Assembly: GCA_047974565.1 (NCBI GenBank)
Contig: JBKECN010000015.1
Span: 68,142 to 132,141 of the forward strand
DNA from: Actinomycetales bacterium
GTDB lineage: Bacteria; Actinomycetota; Actinomycetes; Actinomycetales; CAWJMD01
Reading direction: 5' to 3'
Length of the DNA: 64,000 nt
Under the pieces are notes generated by a model. It searched no databases. It saw only the letters and a list, made by a program, of their open reading frames with translations, and was not told the origin of the DNA. This document shows positions 9,677 to 17,533 of this stretch, in pieces; the stretch's first letter is position 1, and each line of letters starts with the position of its first letter. The position numbers were made by a program, and so were the translations under genes.

Positions 9677-10442
9677 TCGTCGAGCTCACCGGCATTCGCC
9701 GGGCACCGCCCGCACGCCGGGCGGCGGAGCGGGCCGACTGGCAACCGTGCTGGTGGTCACTGCCGCCGCCGCGGGAACCGGATGGCTGCTCGGACAGGTT
9801 GTCACGGCGGTCTCGTTGGACCAGAACGCGCCGTGGATCATTGGCCGCGCCAGTGGACTGGCCGCCTACCTGCTCACCGTCGCCTTGGTAGTCCTGGGTC
9901 TGTTGCTATCCCATCCCTGGCGCACGCGGTGGAGCCGGCCCAGCACTGTCACCCGAATCAGGTTGCACATCGGGCTGGCCGTCTTCGCCGGGGCTGTGCT
10001 CGTCCTGCACGTGGTGGTGCTGGCCACCGACCGGTACGCCGACGTGGGCTGGTGGGGCGCCTTGCTCCCGATGGCCTCGGGATACCGCCCGGTTGCGGTG
10101 ACCCTCGGGGTGATCGCCGGCTACGCGGGCCTGGCGGCCGGGCTGACGGCCACCTTCGCCGGCAGCTGGGCCGCCAGACTCTGGTGGCCGGTGCACAAAG
10201 TCGCCGGCCTGGCACTGGTCGCCACCTGGGCGCACGCCGTCCTCGCCGGGTCGGACACCGGGTTTCTGCTGTGGGTGTACGTGGCGACGGCAGCCCTGGT
10301 GCTCGGGCTGGGTGCCTCCAGATACCTGGCCCGCACTCCGGCCGACCAGGCCGCCCGGCTGGGCGAACGGGCCCGAGCGGTGCGCTCGGACCCACCCGAT
10401 TCCGGCTCCTCCCGCACCGATCTCGCGGGACGTGCCCGGTGA
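9666..10442 (+). CDS. Ferric-reductase-like transmembrane domain protein
   Basis: 258-aa polytopic membrane ORF with conserved His in the TM helices (LHIGLAVFAGAVLVLHVVV, WAHAVLAG). Overlaps neighbours at both ends. Confidence 0.7.
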   Translation: MRADRRAHRHSPGTARTPGGGAGRLATVLVVTAAAAGTGWLLGQVVTAVSLDQNAPWIIGRASGLAAYLLTVALVVLGLLLSHPWRTRWSRPSTVTRIRLHIGLAVFAGAVLVLHVVVLATDRYADVGWWGALLPMASGYRPVAVTLGVIAGYAGLAAGLTATFAGSWAARLWWPVHKVAGLALVATWAHAVLAGSDTGFLLWVYVATAALVLGLGASRYLARTPADQAARLGERARAVRSDPPDSGSSRTDLAGRAR

Positions 10443-11914
10443 GCGGGTGGCCGATGGCGACGGCGCCCGGCTGTGTGGGCCGAGTCGGTCAGGGTGTCTT
10501 GCTGGGCGCCGAACTCATCTTCGACGCCGACACTCGCGCTCCCGTGCAGCCGGTTGCCGGTGACGATCTCGCCGATCATGTGGCAGTATTCGGCACTCGC
10601 CCGCCAACGATGGGGCACTCCCAGATCCTGGCCCGGGCCGAGCAGGCGGACCTGCGAGGCCGGGGCGGGGCGTTCTTCCCGATGGCGCGCAAGTGGCGGA
10701 CCGCACTGGCCGCGGCCGAGTCCGGTCGCGAGGTCGTCGTGGTGTGCAATGCCGCCGAGGGGGAACCCGCAAGTGTCAAGGACGTAGCCCTGCTGCTGCG
10801 CCGTCCACACCTGGCTCTCGACGGACTGCACTGTGCGGCAGAGGCTCTCGGGGCATCGACGGCCGTCGTGTGGATTCACCAGGGATCTGCCGCGCTCGCC
10901 GGTCTGCGGCGGGCTGTGGCCGAGCGGCGCGCGGCAGGATGGCTGGAGCCGCCGGTGCGGATCGTCACGGGTCCGCCCGGCTACCTCAGCGGGGAGGGTA
11001 CGGCCGTGGTTGGCGCCCTGAACGGCGGGCCGGCCGTGCCGGTGTTCCTGGGACGGCCGTCCGCTCAGGGTGGGCTGGATGGGCGCCCCACCGTGGTCCA
11101 GAACGTCGAGACGCTGGCCAGGTTGGCCCTGCTGGCCCGGTCCGCGAGTCCGGACGACCAGCCGGGGGTGCTGGTCAGCGTTCTGACCGCCGACCCGGCC
11201 GGGCGTCGACTGCTGGCTGCGCGAGAACTGCCCGGCACGGCAACCATCACTGCCGCGGTGACCGACGAACACTGGTCGCGTCAGCCGCTCCCCAGGGCGA
11301 TTCTGGTCGGCGGATTCGGCGGACGGTGGATGCGCTGGGACGCTGCTTCCGCGTTGACGTTGGGGGAGGTGACGCGCCCGGCGTCCGGCGACGCGGGGAC
11401 GGTGTCGATCGGCGCCGGGATCCTCGCCCCGATCCCGCGGGGACGATGCGGGGTCAGCGAGACGGCGGCGGTCATGTCGTATCTGGCCGAGGAGAGTGCT
11501 GGCCAGTGCGGTCCCTGCGTGTTCGGTACCCGGGCGCTTGCACAGATCTGGGCCCGGCTGGCTCGGGGCAAGGCCCACCGCTCGGATCTGGCGCGGCTGG
11601 CCGAACTCGAACCGGAGATGGCGGGCCGTGGAGCCTGCCGCCTGCCAGATGCCGCGGTGGGGATGAGCCGTTCTGCTCTAGAGGTTTTCGCCTTCGACGT
11701 GGGACGACATGCCACGGGGCTGACGTGTGCGGCCGACCCGGCTGAGGCGGCCCTGCCACTACCCGCAGTCCGGATGGCACACCCCTGGTCAGGGGGTCGG
11801 GTGGCGGCCCGAACGATTGCCGACCGGCCTACCGTGGGCCCGGTCGGGGCAAGCAGTCCTGCCTCATCACCGGCCGCGCGGACGCCGTGGCGCCCGGCCG
11901 TGAGGTGGACCTGA
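10439..11914 (+). CDS. NuoF-like protein (NADH-ubiquinone oxidoreductase-F iron-sulfur binding region domain)
   Basis: Real gene is the 3' part of track ORF 9782..11914. The GTG 10439 start forms a GTGA overlap with the upstream stop. Motifs RGRGGAFFP, NAAEGEPAS, ESAGQCGPC...GACRLP. Confidence 0.8.
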   Translation: MSGWPMATAPGCVGRVGQGVLLGAELIFDADTRAPVQPVAGDDLADHVAVFGTRPPTMGHSQILARAEQADLRGRGGAFFPMARKWRTALAAAESGREVVVVCNAAEGEPASVKDVALLLRRPHLALDGLHCAAEALGASTAVVWIHQGSAALAGLRRAVAERRAAGWLEPPVRIVTGPPGYLSGEGTAVVGALNGGPAVPVFLGRPSAQGGLDGRPTVVQNVETLARLALLARSASPDDQPGVLVSVLTADPAGRRLLAARELPGTATITAAVTDEHWSRQPLPRAILVGGFGGRWMRWDAASALTLGEVTRPASGDAGTVSIGAGILAPIPRGRCGVSETAAVMSYLAEESAGQCGPCVFGTRALAQIWARLARGKAHRSDLARLAELEPEMAGRGACRLPDAAVGMSRSALEVFAFDVGRHATGLTCAADPAEAALPLPAVRMAHPWSGGRVAARTIADRPTVGPVGASSPASSPAARTPWRPAVRWT

Positions 11915-12141
11915 TGGGGATCTTCCGGCGGCGTCCGGCCCGCCCCGACTCGGTCCGGCTGCGGGTCAACCCGATCGCCTGTGAGGGAATCGGCATGTGC
12001 GCGCACCTGGCTCCCGGGCTGGTCCGGGTGGATTCCTGGGGCTACCCCGTGATCCGCCCCGAGCCCCTTTCCGGACGTGACCTGGCTGCCGCCCGCGCGG
12101 GCGTGCGCGGCTGCCCTCGACGTGCCCTGTTCCTGGACTGA
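11914..12141 (+). CDS. Small ferredoxin (single Fe-S cluster type)
   Basis: ATG 11914 overlaps the upstream TGA by 1 nt. 75 aa with CEGIGMC...CP cysteine pattern. Confidence 0.7.
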   Translation: MGIFRRRPARPDSVRLRVNPIACEGIGMCAHLAPGLVRVDSWGYPVIRPEPLSGRDLAAARAGVRGCPRRALFLD

Positions 12142-12171
12142 GGGCTCGCGCGTGTAGACGCGATCACCGTA

Positions 12172-12205
12172 GAGCAAATCGGGCTAGAACGGTGATGCGG
12201 GCAAC
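12172..12205. terminator. Stem-loop between convergent genes (candidate bidirectional terminator)
   Basis: ATCACCGT...(18 nt)...ACGGTGAT, 8-bp arms, between the ferredoxin stop and the DoxX stop. No U-tract. Confidence 0.25.
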
Positions 12206-12294
12206 ACGACCCATTTCCGACGGAATGCGCGTCAGGAGATCGGGCGAGGACCACGGATGCCGAGGACGTTGATCCGCCGAGGCCTGCCCGCAGA

Positions 12295-12732
12295 TCACTC
12301 CAGCGTCGGAGCCGTTGACCCCACATCGCCCCGGTGCGGAGCGGACGGCGCAGCGGCCAGCACCAGCCCACCGAGCATCGCCGCGTTCTTGAGGAACTGG
12401 GTGCGCTGCTGCTTTCGGGCTGCCTCGTCCTGCACCGTCCAGAACGGGTGACCGACGAGGGTCGTCGGCACCAAGGAACCCACCAAGGCCAGTGCGGCCA
12501 AGCGGGGCGCCACGCCGAGGGCCAGTAGGCTGCCGGCCACCGTCTGGGCCCCGGCATTGATCCGCACCAACAGTTCGTCGTTCGGGATGAACGGTGCCTT
12601 CGCGCGCACTTTCGCCGTGGCCGGCGCGAGCAAGGAGGCTGCCGGGGCCGGGTTCTGCAGATTCTGATATCCCAGCACGGCGTAGGGGACCCCGCTGAGC
12701 AGCCGGGCCGTCTTGGTCGCTGCGCTTGTCAT
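12295..12732 (-). CDS. DoxX-family membrane protein
   Basis: 145-aa, four hydrophobic segments, family-like GAQTVAGSLLALGVAPRLAAL and FLKNAAMLGGLVL. Confidence 0.75.
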   Translation of the reverse strand: MTSAATKTARLLSGVPYAVLGYQNLQNPAPAASLLAPATAKVRAKAPFIPNDELLVRINAGAQTVAGSLLALGVAPRLAALALVGSLVPTTLVGHPFWTVQDEAARKQQRTQFLKNAAMLGGLVLAAAPSAPHRGDVGSTAPTLE

Positions 12733-12907
12733 GGCACTCCGTGGGTAAGGGTCTATCTGTCACGATCCACACGACGTCGTGTCCGATGCTGCGAGAGCAT
12801 CGAACTCGGGGTGAGCCGATGACATTTCGACATGGCCGCACCGGGTCGCCGCACGTCGGCGAGCCTACCCGGGTGGCCCGTGCGATGTCGGGTCGGGAAT
12901 CGGTGGA

Positions 12908-14176
12908 TCACCCTTGGATCAGTGTCTCTCGCTCGAAGCGCCGCCCGAGATTGCGCAGCCGGCTTTCGCACTCGGCTCGTGACGGGGCGCACGCCACCGC
13001 AACGGCGAGGAAGTCCGCCGAGCCGCTGGCCATCGGGATCACCTGGTCCGGCTGAGCGAAACACCAGTAGCGCTCCACCCACGGCTCGCCCGGTGCTTCG
13101 GGCAGCGCGTACACCCGGCCCGGCCGTTTCATCATGCTCACCTGCCCGGCCATCCGCCGGGGCTCGCGGCGCTCGTGCGCCAGCAACCGGGTCAGTTCGG
13201 CGGGTGCTTCCAGGCCGGCCTGGAGGCGCAGGGCGCAGTGCGCCAGGTTCACCCCGAACATGGCGTGGAAGACCTCTCGGGTCTTGGCTCCACCTGAGCG
13301 GCAGGCAACCTCGCAGATCACCAGCCGGTCGTCCTCGGTGTGGAAGATCTCCGCGTGGAAGGCATGATTGCGCAGACCGGAGGCCGGCCCACCCGCCTGG
13401 CGCAGCGCGGTGACCGCCTGTTGGGTGAGCGTGCGCAGCCGGGGCGTCAGCGGGTCACCCGGGTCCAGCGTGAGATCCACCCGGGCGCCCGGGTCGGCAC
13501 CGAAAGAGGCCAGGTCGTACTGGTACTGCGAGGGCCAGACCAACTCGACGGCGTCGCCCACGACGAGACCGTCCACGTGGCACATTCGGCCGCCGACGAA
13601 TCCTTCGACGATCAGATCATCGCGCTGGCTCCGCTCGCCGAACGCCTCGGCGAGCGCCGACTCCAGGCCGTCCGAGTCCACCAGGATCCGCAGCCCGATC
13701 GAGTTGAAGCCCGCTCGGTCCTTCAGGACGACGGGCAGGCCATGGTCGCGGGCGAAGTCCCGGACCGTGGTGGCGTCGGCCGCCAAGGCGTGCTCGGCCA
13801 CCTCGAGTCCGGCTTCGGCGAGGGTGCGCTTCATCACGAGCTTGTCCCGGAAGGGCAGCACCGCGCGAGGGCTCGCTCCGGGCAAGCCCAACTCGGCGCG
13901 CAGCTCGGCCGCCCGCTGCAGGTCCGCCTCGTGTTCGGCGATGAGTCGAGTGACACCTTGTTCCTGGACGATCGTTCGGGCGCGCTGGTCGACGGCCGGG
14001 GAGTCGAAGTCGTCGAAGACCTCGATCCTGGCGAAGGGGAGGTCGGGAGCACTTTCCCCGAACGCGCGAAGCTTGTCCGCTGCGGCCAGGATGAAGACGG
14101 GCTCGCGGACGTCCGCCAGCCAGCGCCGGTAGTCGAAGGGCTCGAAGGGGTTTCGATGCAGGATCAACAGGCTCAT
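12908..14176 (-). CDS. ATP-grasp carboxylate-amine (amino-acid) ligase-like enzyme
   Basis: 422 aa. Pre-ATP-grasp region then FRDKLVMKRTLAEAGLEVAEH...GLPVVLKDRAGFNSIG...EGFVGG...FHAEIF. ATGA overlap with the upstream gene. Confidence 0.8.
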   Translation of the reverse strand: MSLLILHRNPFEPFDYRRWLADVREPVFILAAADKLRAFGESAPDLPFARIEVFDDFDSPAVDQRARTIVQEQGVTRLIAEHEADLQRAAELRAELGLPGASPRAVLPFRDKLVMKRTLAEAGLEVAEHALAADATTVRDFARDHGLPVVLKDRAGFNSIGLRILVDSDGLESALAEAFGERSQRDDLIVEGFVGGRMCHVDGLVVGDAVELVWPSQYQYDLASFGADPGARVDLTLDPGDPLTPRLRTLTQQAVTALRQAGGPASGLRNHAFHAEIFHTEDDRLVICEVACRSGGAKTREVFHAMFGVNLAHCALRLQAGLEAPAELTRLLAHERREPRRMAGQVSMMKRPGRVYALPEAPGEPWVERYWCFAQPDQVIPMASGSADFLAVAVACAPSRAECESRLRNLGRRFERETLIQG

Positions 14177-15603
14177 GACACTTGCTCCAGGATTGACCGG
14201 GTGGACTCGGGGTGGGGGGTGAGCGAGACGACCTCTCGGGCGGCCAGGCGCTGGGCGGGTGATGAGTCAGGCCCAGAGTCGCCAAGTGGCCACGACCCGT
14301 CCAGGGCCCGGCCCAGCAGATCGGTGCCGATCGCCGGCTCGGCCAGTCGCGCGTGGCTGAGCCGCCCTTCGCTGGTGACGATCTCCACGCGCAGGTTCCG
14401 GGACAGCACGTCCGCAGCCTGCCGGTAGGCCGCGCTCGCGGTGCCGGCGCGCACGGCAAGCAGTCCGAGCCGGTCCCAGTTGTCCGCGAGCGGACGGACC
14501 GTCGCGCCCTCCTCGGTGGTCAACTGCCAGGTGATCACCCCTGGCTCGGCCCCCAGATCGCCGGAGCCGCAGATCCTGGCGACTCGGCCGGGCTCGCCCA
14601 CCAGGAACCGGGTACAGGCGCCGCCGCGTGGCCGCGGGGACTCGGCCAGGGCCGGTGCCAGCCCGAAGGGCCAGGCCAGGGACAGGCGGATGAGGTCCAC
14701 GTCGTAGGCGGCCCGCACCAGTGACGGGATGGCGTCTCCGGCGGGACGGTTGTGTCCCTCCACCACGCGCACGCCCGACGGCCCGACCTTGACCTCGGTG
14801 TGCGAGACGCCGTCCCGCAGGCCCATCGCGGTGAGGAAGTCCTGCACGGTTGCAGTCACCTCGGCGCGCTGGGCGGCGGCGATCCGGCCCGGGACCAGAT
14901 GCCCGAGCTCGGTGAAACTGCCAGGGGAGCAGAGCTTCTCGGTGACGGAGACGACGACATGCCGCCCAGCGAAGGAGAAGGCCTCGACGCTGTACTCCGG
15001 GCCCGGCAGGTACTCCTCGGCGACGAAGTCGCCGAGCACGAAGAGCGTGGAGACGCGGTCCGTGCGGCTTCCCCGGAGCCGGCGAATGTGCTGCCAGGCG
15101 TCCTCCAGATCATCCGGACTGTGGACGATCCGCACTCCCAGGCTGGCGGTTCCGTCGCTCGGCTTGACGATGAACGGGTACCCCAAGGCGTCTGGGCAGG
15201 CCCACAGGTCGGCCCGAGTGGTCACCGTGCGCGAGCGAACCGCCAGCCGCGGATCGTCGGCCAGGTGAGCCCGCATCGCCTGCTTGTCCCGGAACCGATG
15301 GGCCACCTGATAGCCGGTGCCACCGGTGCGGTACAGATCGTTCAGCCGTCCGGCATTCTCCAGGCCCGGCTCGGTGAGCGACAGGACGGCGTCGAAGCCG
15401 ACCTGACGCCACCAGTTCGCCGCGGCAGGTGCCACGTGCTGCCAGTCGACGAAATCGAGCACCTGGACCTGATGCGCGGCGTCACGTTGAACGTCGGTGA
15501 TCTTGCTCGGGTGTTGTAGAAGTAGTACGCGGATGCCCAGATCCGCTGCTGTGACGAGGGTTTCGTCAGTGCCGCCGACCAGGAGCAGGGTGGGATCAGA
15601 CAT
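14173..15603 (-). CDS. ATP-grasp carboxylate-amine (amino-acid) ligase-like enzyme
   Basis: 476 aa. FRDKQAMRAHL...GYPFIVKPSDGTASLGVRIV...EEYLPGPEYSVE...HTEVKV. Start overlaps the upstream stop by 8 nt. Confidence 0.8.
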   Translation of the reverse strand: MSDPTLLLVGGTDETLVTAADLGIRVLLLQHPSKITDVQRDAAHQVQVLDFVDWQHVAPAAANWWRQVGFDAVLSLTEPGLENAGRLNDLYRTGGTGYQVAHRFRDKQAMRAHLADDPRLAVRSRTVTTRADLWACPDALGYPFIVKPSDGTASLGVRIVHSPDDLEDAWQHIRRLRGSRTDRVSTLFVLGDFVAEEYLPGPEYSVEAFSFAGRHVVVSVTEKLCSPGSFTELGHLVPGRIAAAQRAEVTATVQDFLTAMGLRDGVSHTEVKVGPSGVRVVEGHNRPAGDAIPSLVRAAYDVDLIRLSLAWPFGLAPALAESPRPRGGACTRFLVGEPGRVARICGSGDLGAEPGVITWQLTTEEGATVRPLADNWDRLGLLAVRAGTASAAYRQAADVLSRNLRVEIVTSEGRLSHARLAEPAIGTDLLGRALDGSWPLGDSGPDSSPAQRLAAREVVSLTPHPESTRSILEQVS

Positions 15604-16576
15604 CGGCCTGCTCCTGGGTCCAGAGCGAGAGGTAGCGCTCCCCAGTGTCCGGCAGGATCGTTACCACGGTCTTGCCGATCAGGTGCGCTCGCGCCGCGAC
15701 GGTTCGTGCCGCCGCCATCGCGGCGCCCGAGGACACCCCCACCACCAGTGCGTGCTCCCGAGCGAGCGTGCGGGCGGCCTCTCTGGCCCGCGCGTCGGTC
15801 ACCGTGAGCACCTCGTCGATGAGATCGACGTCCGTGGTCGGGGCGACGAAGCCACCGTTGAGCCCAGCGATGGCATGGGTGCCGCCGACCCCGGTGCTCA
15901 ACACGGGAGACCCGTAGGGCTCCACGGCGACCACGTGCAGGTCGGGATTCTGTCGGCGCAGGTACCGGGCAGTGCCGCTGAGGGTGCCACCGGTGCCCAC
16001 TCCGGCGACCAGGACGTCCACCACGCCCTGGCAGTCCCGCCAGATCTCCGGGCCGGTGGTCTCCTCGTGGGCGCGGGGGTTGTCGGGGTTGAGGTGCTGG
16101 GCACAGAACCAGGAGTCCGGGGTGACCTCGCACAGGTGCAGGGCCGCGTCGATGGCTCCTTGCAAGCGCTGCGCCGCCGGCGTCAGCACCACCCGGGCCC
16201 CCAGCAGCCGGAGCATCGAGACTCGTTCGGGGGTAGCGGTATCCGGCATCACGACGATACAGCGGTAGCCGCGCACGGATGCCAGCGCAGCCAGTGCGAT
16301 GCCGGTGTTCCCGGAGGTGGCCTCCACCACCGTGCTTTTGCCCGGGACGAGCCGACCGGCGCGCTCGGCGCCGTCCAGCATGGCCACCGCCGCCCGGTCT
16401 TTGACGCTGGACAGAGGGTTGGCGGCCTCGACCTTGGCCAGCAGGCGGGCCCCAGGGTGCGAGGTGGCAGTGAGATCGATGAGCGGAGTGTTTCCGATCA
16501 GATCCTCCACGGACAGTGCGATCCGGGGGCGGGCTCGCAGGTCAGCGGGGGTGGCGGCAGCGATGTCGATGGTCAT
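15596..16576 (-). CDS. PLP-dependent cysteine-synthase-fold beta-replacement enzyme (CysK/SbnA-like)
   Basis: Track ORF 15596..16696; start ATG 16576 is preceded by GGAGA. Motifs IGNTPLIDL, PLSSVKDRAA (PLP Lys), TSGNTGIALA, GVGTGGTLSG. Confidence 0.85.
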   Translation of the reverse strand: MTIDIAAATPADLRARPRIALSVEDLIGNTPLIDLTATSHPGARLLAKVEAANPLSSVKDRAAVAMLDGAERAGRLVPGKSTVVEATSGNTGIALAALASVRGYRCIVVMPDTATPERVSMLRLLGARVVLTPAAQRLQGAIDAALHLCEVTPDSWFCAQHLNPDNPRAHEETTGPEIWRDCQGVVDVLVAGVGTGGTLSGTARYLRRQNPDLHVVAVEPYGSPVLSTGVGGTHAIAGLNGGFVAPTTDVDLIDEVLTVTDARAREAARTLAREHALVVGVSSGAAMAAARTVAARAHLIGKTVVTILPDTGERYLSLWTQEQADV

Positions 16577-16607
16577 GGGGTCTCCTGGTGGGATGGTCGG
16601 GGTGGTC

Positions 16608-17291
16608 TCAGGCGGCCACGGGCAGTTCGTCGCCGGAGCGACCGATGATGGTGTCGATCGCGTCGGCGAACGACCGGCCGGGTCCGAGCCCGGCATGGGC
16701 GGTGGGGCCGGCGGCGGGCGGCAGTGAAAGTACGCACCGGGCGCCGAGTCCCCGGGCCAGCGCCACGTCGCCGGCGGACGAACCCAGGACGACGACCTCC
16801 CGGGGTGTCAGGCCCAGCGCCCGCACTGCTCGCCCGCCCAGGTCGTCGACAGCCCGGCCGGGGCTAGTTCCGCGGCGTGCTACGACCACGTCCACTAGCT
16901 GGCTCAGGCGCGCGCGCTCCACGAGAATCTGCGCGACAGAGGCAAGCTCGTCGGCCACCACCGCGATCCGGATGCCTCGGGAGGCGAGCCGGGCCAGGCC
17001 GGCTCGTACCTGCATCGGGCAGGTCGGCGCGGCGCCGTCGACGGTCTGGCGCACCGCGTGTCGGCGATGCTCGGCCAGCACCAGGCGGGCCACGGTGGTC
17101 TGCACGTCGCTGCGCGCGTCGCCGGCAGCGATCTGCGGGACGGCTCCGGACAGGGCGGCGTGCAGGGGGACGGGCCGATGGTGGCCGGGCCCGGAGCCGA
17201 GCCGGACCTGCTGGCCGTGCGCGGTCTTCGCGGCGGTGCCGATCAGGGTCCGGTGTAGGTCAATCACAACGCCACGTACAGGGGTGCTCAT
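16608..17291 (-). CDS. HAD-superfamily hydrolase/phosphatase (IndB/MinC-like position)
   Basis: 3' 227 codons of track ORF 16608..17828. ATG 17291 is preceded by GAAGGAGG and lies 11 nt after the NRPS stop. N-terminal VVIDLHRTL in the HAD motif I position and a C-terminal VVVLGSSAGDV segment; the HAD call rests on these plus position and length, and the motif I Asp pair is not canonical. Confidence 0.7.
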   Translation of the reverse strand: MSTPVRGVVIDLHRTLIGTAAKTAHGQQVRLGSGPGHHRPVPLHAALSGAVPQIAAGDARSDVQTTVARLVLAEHRRHAVRQTVDGAAPTCPMQVRAGLARLASRGIRIAVVADELASVAQILVERARLSQLVDVVVARRGTSPGRAVDDLGGRAVRALGLTPREVVVLGSSAGDVALARGLGARCVLSLPPAAGPTAHAGLGPGRSFADAIDTIIGRSGDELPVAA

Positions 17292-17302
17292 GATGTCCTC
17301 CT

Positions 17303-17533
17303 TCACATCCGGTATTCGGGTTCCTTGCACAACAGATCGCGCTTGCCGGCGATCTCGGGGAGATAGACCTTCGCCCGCCAGTCGCTCTCGGGAACTTCCT
17401 CCAGGGCGATCGACACCGCACCGGGGGCGCAGCCAAGAGCGCTGCTGACCAGGCGGGTCATGTCGTGGGCCAATCGGGCGCGAAGTTCCGGGTCGAGTTG
17501 GACGGGGAAGTGTTTGACGCTGACGTGTGGCAT
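17303..17533 (-). other. PptA-type tautomerase (4-OT superfamily) unit, in frame with the NRPS but with its own SD and ATG-Pro start
   Basis: MPHVSVKHFPVQLDPELRARLAHDMTRLV...SIALEEVPESDWRAKVY...EPEYRM (76 aa). From memory this resembles E. coli PptA (MPHIDIKCFPRELDEQQK...). GAGGAG lies 5 nt upstream of ATG 17533. Confidence 0.75.

Noticed and set aside
9782-10438. N-terminal 219-codon extension of the NuoF-like ORF (track start 9782)
   Set aside because: The extension overlaps the ferric-reductase-TM gene out of frame and is Arg/Gly/Pro-rich. GTG 10439 gives a GTGA coupling to the upstream stop, and the family-typical sequence follows shortly after.
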